From an uncultured bacterium (GTDB taxonomy: Bacteria; Krumholzibacteriota; Krumholzibacteriia; LZORAL124-64-63), in NCBI GenBank assembly GCA_963732385.1, contig CAVSZB010000005.1, forward strand, positions 288,001-352,000: a DNA stretch of 64,000 bases, given 5' to 3'. Position 1 is the first letter of the stretch, and the number at the start of each line of letters is the position of its first letter. The notes under the pieces are model-generated. The model saw only the letters and a list, made by a program, of their open reading frames with translations. It did not search any database and was not told the DNA's origin. A program made the position numbers and the translations under genes. Shown here piece after piece: positions 29,530-38,437 of this stretch.

Positions 29530-31038
29530 ATGCCCAATCCGCTGTTCGCGCGCAAGCCGCTGGCGTTGCTGGTCGAGGAGGCGCGCGGCGAGCAGCGCCT
29601 GCGCCGCGTGCTCGGCCCCTGGACGCTGACAGCGCTCGGCGTGGGCGCCATCGTCGGCACCGGCATCTTCATCCTGACCGGCGTGGCGGCGCACGACAAG
29701 ACCGGCCCGGCGCTGATCCTGTCGTTCATGGTCGCGGGGCTGGCCTGCGTGCTGGCGGCGCTGTGCTACGCCGAGTTCGCCTCCATGGCGCCGGTGGCCG
29801 GTTCGGCCTACACCTACGCCTACGCCACCCTCGGCGAGCTGCTGGCCTGGATCATCGGCTGGGACCTGGTGCTCGAGTATACGGTGGCCGCGGCCGCCGT
29901 GGCGCACGGCTGGTCGGCGCACTTCCGCGACCTGCTGCACAGCTTCGGCGTCTACATACCGGCCGCGCTCGGCAACGCACCGTTCGATTTCGATCCGGCC
30001 GCCGCGCGCTTCGTCGCCACGGGCGCCGTGCTCGACCTGCCGGCCATCGCGATCGTGGCGACACTCACCTTCGTGCTCGTGCGCGGGATCCGCGAGAGCG
30101 CCCGCTTCAACGCGGTCATGGTGGCCTTGAAGCTGGCGGTCATCCTGTTCGTGATCGGGGTTGGCGCGTTCTACGTGGACCCGGCGAACTGGCGCCCGTT
30201 CGCGCCTTTCGGCTACTCCGGAATCGCCGTCTTCGGCAAAACGCTCTTCGGCCAGACCGGCCCCGACGGCGCGCCGGTCGGCGTACTCGCCGGCGCGGCG
30301 ATCATGTTCTTCGCCTACCTCGGCTTCGATGCCGTCTCGACCCAGGCGGAGGAGACCCGCCGCCCGCAGCGCGACGTGCCGCTGGCCATCATCGCCTCGC
30401 TGCTGGTCTGCACCGTCCTCTACATCGCCGTCGCGGCCGTGCTGACCGGCATGGTGCCCTGCAGCCAGCTCGACATCAACGCCCCCGTCGCCGACGCCTT
30501 CGCGCAGCGCGGACTGCCCTGGGCGCGTCGGCTGATCGACGTCGGCGCGCTGACCGGCATCACCTCGGTGCTGCTCGTGCAACTGCTCGCCCAGCCCCGC
30601 ATCCTGATGGCGATGGGACGTGACGGCCTGATTCCGCCCCGTCTCTTCGCCGCCGTGCACGAGCGTTACGGCACGCCGTGGAAGGGCACGATCGTGACCG
30701 CGTGCGTGGTCGCCGCCCTCGCCTCGCTGCTTCCACTGCGGCTCCTCGCGGAGCTGACCAACATCGGCACCCTGTTCGCCTTCGTGATCGTCTGCGGCGC
30801 GGTGCTCGTGATGCGCCGCCTCGACCCGCGCGCGCCGCGCCCGTTCCGCGTCCCTTTGGTGCCGTTCGTGCCGATCCTCGGCATTCTCATCTGTCTGCTG
30901 CTGATGCTCGCCCTGCCGGCCGAGAACTGGCTGCGGCTGATCGTCTGGCTGGCGGTCGGACTGGCGATCTATTTCGGCTACGGGCGGAAACGGAGCGTGC
31001 TGGCGAGAATGCGGGCGCAGGACACGGCCGGGCGCTGA
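29530..31038 (+). CDS. APC family amino acid permease (cationic amino acid transporter-like)
   Basis: GVGAIVGTGIF, CYAEFAS..PVAGSAYTY, GWDLVLEY, FFAYLGFDAVST.AEE, NIGTLFAF. Confidence 0.92.
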   Translation: MPNPLFARKPLALLVEEARGEQRLRRVLGPWTLTALGVGAIVGTGIFILTGVAAHDKTGPALILSFMVAGLACVLAALCYAEFASMAPVAGSAYTYAYATLGELLAWIIGWDLVLEYTVAAAAVAHGWSAHFRDLLHSFGVYIPAALGNAPFDFDPAAARFVATGAVLDLPAIAIVATLTFVLVRGIRESARFNAVMVALKLAVILFVIGVGAFYVDPANWRPFAPFGYSGIAVFGKTLFGQTGPDGAPVGVLAGAAIMFFAYLGFDAVSTQAEETRRPQRDVPLAIIASLLVCTVLYIAVAAVLTGMVPCSQLDINAPVADAFAQRGLPWARRLIDVGALTGITSVLLVQLLAQPRILMAMGRDGLIPPRLFAAVHERYGTPWKGTIVTACVVAALASLLPLRLLAELTNIGTLFAFVIVCGAVLVMRRLDPRAPRPFRVPLVPFVPILGILICLLLMLALPAENWLRLIVWLAVGLAIYFGYGRKRSVLARMRAQDTAGR

Positions 31039-31104
31039 CGGGGTAGGGGGCCGTCTTGGCTGGCCCCTGGACTTCGGCTCAGCCTCGATACCACCCGACA
31101 GCGC

Positions 31105-32244
31105 TCAGGCCGGCTCAGCGGGCGGCAACGCGGTCATGCCGTCACGCGGTCGCAGCCAGTTGTTGACGCGGATCGCGTCATCGATCTTGTAGCGGCAACG
31201 TCCGCAGAACTCCAGCTCCACCCGCCCGTTCGCCGGGAAACGACGCCGCAGGTCACGCGCCCGCTCTCCGCGCCATACCTCACGGAACGAAGCGGCCGTG
31301 AAGACATTGCCCAGGGCATGGCCGAGGGCGTGATCGCACTCGCACGCCAGCAGCGTGCCGTCGTGCCGGAGCGTGGGCCAGGACCACGGTTTGAGGCAGA
31401 TGTTGGGCAGGGCTGCGTACCGCATGGACTCTGCTGCCCCCTGGTACTGGAAGGAACGCAGTTCGCGCCGGTTCGGCAGCGCCGCGTGCTCCGGATCGTC
31501 GCTGTCGTAGAGACTGACGCTCTTGACGGAGAACAGGTCGGCGCCGACTTCGCGGGCGAAGGCGTGCGCACGCTCGATCTCCGGCTCGCTGGCGCGCGTG
31601 GCGATCACCCGGACGTTGAGCAGGGGGCGGCTCGCGCCGGCCTGCGCGTCGCGCAGACGGACCGCCTCCGCGATGAATGCACGCGCCGCGGCCGCGCTGC
31701 CCCCCTCGCGGAAGCTGTGGTAGACCTCCTCCGTCATCCCGTCCAGCGCCAGAATCACCATATCGAGACCCGCGGCGAACAGCTCGGCCAGACGCCCGGT
31801 CCCGGGATCGGTCTGCCCGTTGGTGGCCAGCAGGGTCAGGATGCCGTGGCGCTTCGCGAGCGCCACCATCTCGGGCAGCCGGGGATGGAGCAGCGGCTCG
31901 CCCCACTGCCAGAAGGCGATCGCGAGCAGCCGGGGCCCGACCTCAGCGAGCAGCTTCGCGTAAGCCTCGAACGGCATGAGACCGTCGTCCAGGCTCCCGT
32001 TGACCCGCTCGCGCGGGCAGAGCGGGCAGCTCAACTGGCAGCGTACGGTCGGCTCGAGCTGCAGCGCGATCGGGTACGACCAGGGTCGCAGAACGCGCTG
32101 CCGGGCCTCGAGGCGACTGAGCAGGAAGTTGGCCGTCTGGCGGGCGCCGAGCCGCCCGCGGGAAAACACGAGACGGTCGAACGTGAAGTCGAGACGGCGT
32201 CCGGCCAGCAGCCGGGCAGCGCGGGCGAAGCGTGGCAGGTTCAT
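31105..32244 (-). CDS. Radical SAM protein with C-terminal SPASM/twitch domain
   Basis: EPTVRCQLSCPLC, WGEPLLHP, TNG, C..PW......DG....CECD...LGN...EVW.G, C..C. Confidence 0.88.
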   Translation of the reverse strand: MNLPRFARAARLLAGRRLDFTFDRLVFSRGRLGARQTANFLLSRLEARQRVLRPWSYPIALQLEPTVRCQLSCPLCPRERVNGSLDDGLMPFEAYAKLLAEVGPRLLAIAFWQWGEPLLHPRLPEMVALAKRHGILTLLATNGQTDPGTGRLAELFAAGLDMVILALDGMTEEVYHSFREGGSAAAARAFIAEAVRLRDAQAGASRPLLNVRVIATRASEPEIERAHAFAREVGADLFSVKSVSLYDSDDPEHAALPNRRELRSFQYQGAAESMRYAALPNICLKPWSWPTLRHDGTLLACECDHALGHALGNVFTAASFREVWRGERARDLRRRFPANGRVELEFCGRCRYKIDDAIRVNNWLRPRDGMTALPPAEPA

Positions 32245-33080
32245 GCGGCGAGCAACTCCTTCAGTCGTCGTAGATCGGCGCGCACGGCCGCGGGATCGCG
32301 GTCGCGGTGGTCGGTTTCGAGAATGGCGGGCACGGCCAGCGAAGCCTCATGCAGACGTGCCAGCGGCGTCCAGTCGATCCGGCCCGTGCCGAGCGGACGG
32401 TGGGCGCGGCGACCGTCGTGATCGTGCAAGTGCACCCACGCGAGCCTTTCGCCGACTTCGTCCAGCGCGCTCGCCCACCCCCGCGCGCCGGCCGGCAGCC
32501 GCGCGGGGCAGGCGAACGGCCGGGGGCTGAAGCGATCATTGGCCACGAGCAGCTTGCGCCGCAGTCCGCGCGCCGGATAGAGGCGCTCGTGGAGATGGCC
32601 GATGTCGAGGCAGATGCGCGCGTCCGCCGCCGCCGCGACCGCCCGCATCAGGGCGATATCGCGCGCATCGTCGGCGTTCTCGAGGCAGAGGGAAACGCCC
32701 AGTTCACGGGCCCTCGCGGCGAGCGGAGCGACGAGATCCGTCCAGCCCACGACCGTCTGCGAGCCGCCGCGCAGGTGCAGGATCGCCGCCTCGGCGCCCA
32801 CGCGGGCGGCGAAAGCCAGTCCGGTGATCAGGGGCTCGGGGATCCCGCCACCGAGCTGCGCGAACGGCAGATGCACGCCCAGCCGCGCCACGGCCGGCCG
32901 CAGACGCCGCGCAATCTCGTCCCCGACCCCGTCGCTCGCCGGACAGGCGGCGGCATAGTGGTCGGTGGCCAGGTGCAGCTCGCAGGCCTCCAGGCCGAAT
33001 TCGCGCGCGAGCGCCTCGAACAGGTCCAGGCCGCCGCGCCAGTCCGCCGCCGGCAACAACGCCGTCTGCAGTCCGATCAC
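32241..33080 (-). CDS. Sugar phosphate isomerase/epimerase (xylose isomerase-like TIM barrel)
   Basis: VHLPF, LCLEN, CLDIGH, VHLHD.DG...H..LG.G.IDW, ILE. Confidence 0.82.
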   Translation of the reverse strand: MIGLQTALLPAADWRGGLDLFEALAREFGLEACELHLATDHYAAACPASDGVGDEIARRLRPAVARLGVHLPFAQLGGGIPEPLITGLAFAARVGAEAAILHLRGGSQTVVGWTDLVAPLAARARELGVSLCLENADDARDIALMRAVAAAADARICLDIGHLHERLYPARGLRRKLLVANDRFSPRPFACPARLPAGARGWASALDEVGERLAWVHLHDHDGRRAHRPLGTGRIDWTPLARLHEASLAVPAILETDHRDRDPAAVRADLRRLKELLAA

Positions 33081-33089
33081 GACCGCGCC

Positions 33090-34265
33090 TCAGCCGAGGA
33101 GTTCACGGTAGATCCCGAGGGTCTGGTCGGCGCAGCGCTCCCAGGTGAATTGCGCGGCGCGCATCCGGCCGCGCTGCGCGACCAGCGCGCGCAGGGAGTC
33201 GTCTTCGATCAGCAGGCGCAGCCCGTGCGCAATCGCCTCGGGCGAGCGGGGGTCGGCAAAGAGCGCCGCGTCGTGCAACGTTTCGCGCAGCGGCGGGATG
33301 TCGCTCGCCAGGACCGCGGTGCCGCAGGCGGCGGCCTGCAGGGGGCAGAGTCCGAACCCCTCGTAGTGGCTGGGATAGGCGAGCAGGGTGGCCGCGCGCA
33401 TCAGCGGCGGCACGAGCGCGTGCGGCACATAGCCGAGCGTGCGCACGGTGCCGTGCAGACGCTGCCGCTGCAGATCCTTCCAGAAATAGCGTTGCCGCCA
33501 GCCGCGTCCGCCGGTGATGACGAGCGGGAACTCGCGCTGCAGGTTCTCGGGCAGCAGGGCGTGCGCCCGCAGCAGCCCCTGCAGGTTCTTGCGCGGCTCG
33601 AGGGTGCCGACGAACAGCACGTAGCGCGGGGGCAGGCCGAGGTCCTCGATGAGCCGGGCCGACGCTTCGGCGGCGCCAGCTGTGGCGCCGGCCGCGATGA
33701 AGCGGGCATCCACCCCCAGATGCGTCACGCGCACCCGCTCCGGATCGATCTCCGGGAAGTTCTCCAGCAGCTCGCCGCGCATGAAGAAGCTGTCGACGAC
33801 GATACGTCCGGCGCTCCGCGTCGCGGCGCGCAGGTTCTCGCTCAGCCAGCCGATGCGGTCGCGCGGCAGGAACTCCGGGGTGCGCAGGTAGGACAGGTCG
33901 TGCACCGTGATGACCGTCGGACCGTTGAACGGCAGGGGGATGTAGTTGGGCTCGTGATAGAGGGACCAGTCGCCCCGGGCGGCGGCGCGCCGGAACGAGA
34001 CCGCGCGGAACCGGTGTCCGGCGCGCCGGAACGAAGGCAGGAGGGAACGCGCGAACTGCCCCAGCGGGGAACTGACTCGCAGCTCGCCCCCCTCGTTTGC
34101 GGCCGCGGCGGCGAAATCGTCCCACGGCACCACGCCCCAGCCGGTGAACGCCCCGAGCTGCTCGACCTCCGGCCGGCGGCCGAGCTGGTCGAGCAGATTC
34201 CAGACATAGCAACCGACACCGGTGTAGGCCCCGTGCGCCGGCTTGGCGTTCAGGAGAATGCGCAT
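33090..34265 (-). CDS. Glycosyltransferase family 4 (GT-B)
   Basis: TGVG.Y, TVHDLS, VGTLEPRKN, YPSHYEGFGL.PL, ACGT.V..SD, FTWE. Confidence 0.92.
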   Translation of the reverse strand: MRILLNAKPAHGAYTGVGCYVWNLLDQLGRRPEVEQLGAFTGWGVVPWDDFAAAAANEGGELRVSSPLGQFARSLLPSFRRAGHRFRAVSFRRAAARGDWSLYHEPNYIPLPFNGPTVITVHDLSYLRTPEFLPRDRIGWLSENLRAATRSAGRIVVDSFFMRGELLENFPEIDPERVRVTHLGVDARFIAAGATAGAAEASARLIEDLGLPPRYVLFVGTLEPRKNLQGLLRAHALLPENLQREFPLVITGGRGWRQRYFWKDLQRQRLHGTVRTLGYVPHALVPPLMRAATLLAYPSHYEGFGLCPLQAAACGTAVLASDIPPLRETLHDAALFADPRSPEAIAHGLRLLIEDDSLRALVAQRGRMRAAQFTWERCADQTLGIYRELLG

Positions 34266-34286
34266 CGCGAGGAATATAGGCGACCG

Positions 34287-34877
34287 TCAGCCCCGGATCG
34301 AGCGCAAGAATGCGCGCGACAGCCGTTTCGACAGTAACAGCAGCAGGACCCCGGCGCTCAGGGCGAGCGGAATCAGCCAGTATCCCAGCACTTCGCGCGC
34401 CCCGACACGCGACGCGGGGTCGATAATACCGAGCGAAAACCCGCCGCCCGGCCCCAGGAACAGCCCGGCCTGCGACGGCAGGATCGGCTTGGCCACGGCA
34501 ACGGCCAGCATGGCGAACGCGAGCGCGTAGAAGATCAGCACGACCGTCCCGCCACAGAAGGCCCACGCGCTGGTTCCCAGCAGTCGCAGCACCTGGGACG
34601 CCAGCGCGACCGGCGATCCGCTCGCCAGGGCGCTGGAAATGTGGTAGTTGGACACGAAGCGGGCCGCGTAGGCCTCCGGCTCCCCCAGCTCGCCGAGCGC
34701 CTTGTCCGGGGACGCCGCTTCGTCCGCCACCTCGAGGCGATCGAGCAGATGAGCCGCCGTCTCGCGCACGATCTCCTCGCGCTCGCTCTCGGGCAGCGGC
34801 GCCAGGCCGGCCCGCAGCCGGCGCAGATATTCGAGCATCCCGGGCGGCAGCTTCGCGAACAGATCGGGCCCGTTCAT
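34287..34877 (-). CDS. HAAS/DUF1700-type membrane protein
   Basis: YLRRLR..L..LP..ER.EI..E...HL...LGEP...A, followed by TM helices; directly downstream of PadR. Confidence 0.75.
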   Translation of the reverse strand: MNGPDLFAKLPPGMLEYLRRLRAGLAPLPESEREEIVRETAAHLLDRLEVADEAASPDKALGELGEPEAYAARFVSNYHISSALASGSPVALASQVLRLLGTSAWAFCGGTVVLIFYALAFAMLAVAVAKPILPSQAGLFLGPGGGFSLGIIDPASRVGAREVLGYWLIPLALSAGVLLLLLSKRLSRAFLRSIRG

Positions 34878-35215
34878 GTGCGCTCTCCCTCGATCAGGTC
34901 CGTGAGGCTGCGGCGAAAGTCGATCCATTCGGACTTCATGGCCTGCAGCAGGGCGCGTCCGTCGCCGGTCAGCCGGTAGTACTTGCGCGGGTGGGTCGCG
35001 CCGGGATCCTCCACCCAGAGCGCGGAGATCTTGCCCTCCTTCTGGAGACGGTTCAGGAGGGGATAGATCGTGCCGTCGGAAAGGCCGAGCCCCTCCCGTC
35101 CCCGCACCTCCTCCAGCAGCTGAAGGCCGTAGCTTTCGCGGCGCTCCAGCAGGGCGAGGATCGCCAGCTCGGCCGCCCCCTTCCACAGCTGCGACTTCCA
35201 GCGCTCGACCTCCAC
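34874..35215 (-). CDS. PadR family transcriptional regulator
   Basis: QLWKG.AELAIL.LL...SYG, GTIYPLL.RL, PRKYYRLT..G; probable GTG start at 35215. Confidence 0.92.
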   Translation of the reverse strand: MEVERWKSQLWKGAAELAILALLERRESYGLQLLEEVRGREGLGLSDGTIYPLLNRLQKEGKISALWVEDPGATHPRKYYRLTGDGRALLQAMKSEWIDFRRSLTDLIEGERT

Positions 35216-35219
35216 CAGG

Positions 35220-36653
35220 TCACCGCCCCTTCGCGACCCGGGCAAGCACCCAGTCGCGGATGGCGGCAAGACCATCCTCGTTCATGGTCTCCTCGATCGT
35301 GGCGTACTCATCGGGGCTCCCCGTCTTCGCGCGTTGCAGCACGTGGTTCAGACCGGCCAGACGCCGCACGGCGACGTCGCGGTTACCCCCCTCGCCCAGC
35401 GCCTTCTCGATCTCCGGCAGGTTCTGCTCGGGATCGACCTGCAGATCCAGGGTGCCGTTGAGCGCGAGCACGGGGCAGCGCACCCGCCGCAGCGCCACCC
35501 GCGGATCGAGACCGACCGCGTAGCGGAACCACGGGCTGAGCATGCCACGCATAGCGGAATCGGCCAGAACGTCGGGGCTGCCCGCCGCCGCGCGGGCGCT
35601 GTCGGGCAGCGCCGCGATCTGGGCGTGGATCTGCTCGAGCAGGGCCGCGCGCACCACGAGACTGTCGGCGCCCGTCTTCACCAGGTCCATGATCAGTTTC
35701 GAACTCGCCACCTCCGTGGCGACCGCGGTCGGCGAGGCGCCGTCGGCGCATCCGATCAATTCGGTCTGGCGCAGCACGACCTCGTCGAGCGGCACGCCGG
35801 TGCCGGCGATCATCACCACGAAGGCCACGTCATCCGGCGCCCGCGAGGCCGCCAGCGGCCCCACGATGCCCCCCTCGCTGTGCCCGATCAGTCCGATCCT
35901 GGCCGGATCGATCGCGGCGCGCGTCCTGAGAAAACGCACTCCGGCCAGGGCATCGTCGGCGAAATCGGATGTCGTGCTGTTGCGCACCTTTCCGGTCGAT
36001 CCGCCGACGCCCCGGTCGTCCGCGCGCAGGACTGCAATGCCGGCACGGGTGAGATAGTCCGACAGGACCAGGAACGGCTTGTGCCCGAACAGCGCTTCGT
36101 CGCGATCCTGCGCGCCACTGCCGGTGATCAATACGGCCGCCGGGAACGGGCCGGACCCTTCAGGCAGCGTCAGCGTGGCCACGAGATGGATCGGTCCGTT
36201 GTCGTAGCCGACCTCCTCCTCGCGGTACGGGAACGGCCGCTTCGGCTCCTGGGGCCGGAGCGGCGCCGCGAGCTTCTCGCGACCAAGGTAAAACGGGAAC
36301 GTCTGCCCCCCCTGCGTAAACCTGCCGGTGATTCTGCTGTCCTCGCGAACGCCGCGGAACGTGGGCTCGCCCGGCACGCCGGCCAGCGCGAAGCAGAGGG
36401 AATCGCCGACGGCGCGCACGCCCGCCAGCGCGATCCCCTTCGCTCCCTGCATCGGGATGTCGGCGGTTCCCGACCAGGCACCGTCCTGCAACGACAGCTC
36501 GATGAGCAGGCCAAGCTCCATCCCCGGCAGCGTGACCGCCCCCTCCCAATGGCCCGAGACATCGGTCGTCGCGGCGCCGGCGGGCGCGCCCGACAGCGTG
36601 ACGAGCAGGACCGCGAACCCGACGGCGACAAGGCGGCGACAGGGCGCGAACAT
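35220..36653 (-). CDS. Secreted alpha/beta hydrolase (S9/S15-like)
   Basis: Signal peptide, GSGAQDRDE, DDRGVG.S, GHSEGG nucleophile, DLQV, NH.LQ. Confidence 0.88.
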   Translation of the reverse strand: MFAPCRRLVAVGFAVLLVTLSGAPAGAATTDVSGHWEGAVTLPGMELGLLIELSLQDGAWSGTADIPMQGAKGIALAGVRAVGDSLCFALAGVPGEPTFRGVREDSRITGRFTQGGQTFPFYLGREKLAAPLRPQEPKRPFPYREEEVGYDNGPIHLVATLTLPEGSGPFPAAVLITGSGAQDRDEALFGHKPFLVLSDYLTRAGIAVLRADDRGVGGSTGKVRNSTTSDFADDALAGVRFLRTRAAIDPARIGLIGHSEGGIVGPLAASRAPDDVAFVVMIAGTGVPLDEVVLRQTELIGCADGASPTAVATEVASSKLIMDLVKTGADSLVVRAALLEQIHAQIAALPDSARAAAGSPDVLADSAMRGMLSPWFRYAVGLDPRVALRRVRCPVLALNGTLDLQVDPEQNLPEIEKALGEGGNRDVAVRRLAGLNHVLQRAKTGSPDEYATIEETMNEDGLAAIRDWVLARVAKGR

Positions 36654-36685
36654 GGTGAAATCCTTCCGGTTCTGGTGACCATGCA

Positions 36686-36704
36686 ATGCTACTATATAGT
36701 GCAT
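36686..36704. promoter_or_regulatory. Candidate PadR operator upstream of the hydrolase-padR-HAAS operon
   Basis: AT-rich near-palindrome ATGC-T-ACTATATAGT-GCAT ~35 nt upstream of ATG 36653. Confidence 0.4.
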
Positions 36705-36828
36705 AACACGACAACATGCATTATAACGAGACGCGCCCGCGAATAGTTGCGGGTGATTTTGTGAATTGTGTATCTCCCTGTGAAATGGCACGATGCAGAT
36801 CCTGTGGCGCCCAATGAGAGAGCCGCGC

Positions 36829-37218
36829 ATGCCCCCCTGGACCGTATACATCCTGGCCTGCCGTGACGGATCGCTCTATACGGGGATCACGAACGATCTG
36901 GATCGTCGTCTGACGGCCCACGCCGCCGGCACCGCCTCGCGGTACACCCGGTCGCGCCTGCCGGTCCGTCTGGCGTACCGCGAACCGGCCGCCGACCGCG
37001 CGACGGCCCTGCGGCGCGAGGCGGCGATCAAGCGTCTGATGCGGGCGGACAAGCTGGCGCTGATTGCAGGGTGGGAATCGTCAGCGGCCCCTGCGGCAAC
37101 ACGCAGAGCGAAGCCGCAGGACCGCGCGCGGCGAGCAGATGCGCCACCGTCTCACCGATCGACCGGCAGGGAATCAGGTGCGCGGCGCGGATCTCCGCCG
37201 CGGTCAGGCCGTCGCTGA
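36829..37218 (+). CDS. GIY-YIG nuclease family protein (UPF0213/YhbQ-like)
   Basis: VYILAC.DGSLYTGIT.DL.RR...H..G..SRYTR.R.PV, ALRREAAIK.L; a low-complexity tail overlaps the larA 3' end. Confidence 0.85.
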   Translation: MPPWTVYILACRDGSLYTGITNDLDRRLTAHAAGTASRYTRSRLPVRLAYREPAADRATALRREAAIKRLMRADKLALIAGWESSAAPAATRRAKPQDRARRADAPPSHRSTGRESGARRGSPPRSGRR

Positions 37219-38341
37219 AGAGGTGCACCTGGGCCCGCTGCTGGATCCGGGACTGGATCTGCGCCTGCCATTGGTCGAGGTGCGTGAAGCCGGGCGTCAT
37301 GACCCGCGCCAGCAGGTCCTGCGGATCACGCGCCTCGCGGAGTAACCTCGCATAGCCGCTCTCCTGGGGCAAGCCGTCGTCGCACGCGGCAGCGACGATG
37401 ATCGCCCCTCCCGGTTTCACCACGCGCGCCGCCGCCGACATCCCCTTCACGCACTGGTACAGGTTGCGATCGAGCGGGAAACCGCTGTTGGTGGTCAGCA
37501 CGACGTCGAACGGGCCGGGCAGCGGCGCGAGCGCCGTCGCCCCCACGAAGCGCGTTCCGGCGGCGTGCGCGCAGGCGAGGTCGCCCGCGAACACCCCGGT
37601 GATGCGTCGCCGGTGGTCGAGCGCGACGTCCAGCAGGAAGGACGGCCCGACCCGCAGCGCCACGTCCAGCATCTCCTCCCAGACCGGGTTCCCGCGCGTC
37701 ACGCCCCAGGTGGCGCACGGGTCGGCGAGCAGCCGCGCGGCGTGGTTGGCGAGCACGGTGTCGAGCCCGGCCAGGCCCGGCATGATCGCCTTCGGACCGC
37801 CGGTGAAGCCGGCGAAGAAGTGCGGCTCGATGAAGCCGGTGAGGATCTTCACGTCGGCGCGCAGGAATTCGGCATTGATGAAAGCTTCGCGGCCCCCCGC
37901 AGCGCCGCCGGTCGGCGCGAGCCGGGCGAGCCCCGCGGTGTCGCGACAGTCGTGCTGCACCACGCGACAGCGGCCGTGGACCGCGGAGCCGAGCATCTCC
38001 GCCAGCTCCGCGGCGCTGTTGGGCCGGTGGGTTCCGGTCGCGTTGAACAGGGTGATGCGCGCCGGAGACACGCCCGACAGCGCCAGTTCGTCGAGCAGGA
38101 CCGGCAGGATCCGATCGCGCGGCTGAGCCCGCGTGAAGTCGCTGAATACGACCGCCACCGTGTCATCCGCCCGCACGCGTGCGCTCAGCGGCGGCGACCC
38201 CAGCGGTGACCGCAACGCGGCGCGGATCGCGGCCGGCTCGTCGGGCAGCGACGGCGCGTGCCGCGGCGCGACCACCGTGACCCGGTCGTCGGGCAGTTCC
38301 ACCTCGAGATCGTGGCGACCATAGGCGAGTTGCACGCGCAT
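37028..38341 (-). CDS. larA: Nickel-pincer-dependent lactate racemase family protein
   Basis: MRVQLAYG, SDFTR, ATGTHR, IEPHFFAGFTGGPK..MPG, NH, NLYQCVKG. Confidence 0.88.
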   Translation of the reverse strand: MRVQLAYGRHDLEVELPDDRVTVVAPRHAPSLPDEPAAIRAALRSPLGSPPLSARVRADDTVAVVFSDFTRAQPRDRILPVLLDELALSGVSPARITLFNATGTHRPNSAAELAEMLGSAVHGRCRVVQHDCRDTAGLARLAPTGGAAGGREAFINAEFLRADVKILTGFIEPHFFAGFTGGPKAIMPGLAGLDTVLANHAARLLADPCATWGVTRGNPVWEEMLDVALRVGPSFLLDVALDHRRRITGVFAGDLACAHAAGTRFVGATALAPLPGPFDVVLTTNSGFPLDRNLYQCVKGMSAAARVVKPGGAIIVAAACDDGLPQESGYARLLREARDPQDLLARVMTPGFTHLDQWQAQIQSRIQQRAQVHLFSDGLTAAEIRAAHLIPCRSIGETVAHLLAARGPAASLCVLPQGPLTIPTLQSAPACPPASDA

Positions 38342-38437
38342 CGGGTGAGTATGGGCCCCGCGGCGACGCGCGTCCACGGGATCGCGTCCGGGGGATCGCG
38401 CTGTTCGCGACCCGCCTGGCTGCGCTATGTTGCCGGC

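Noticed and set aside
37028..37218. 191-nt convergent overlap of the GIY-YIG gene and larA as a functional feature
   Set aside because: The overlapping GIY-YIG tail is low-complexity and lies beyond the conserved domain; most likely stop-codon drift in GC-rich DNA.
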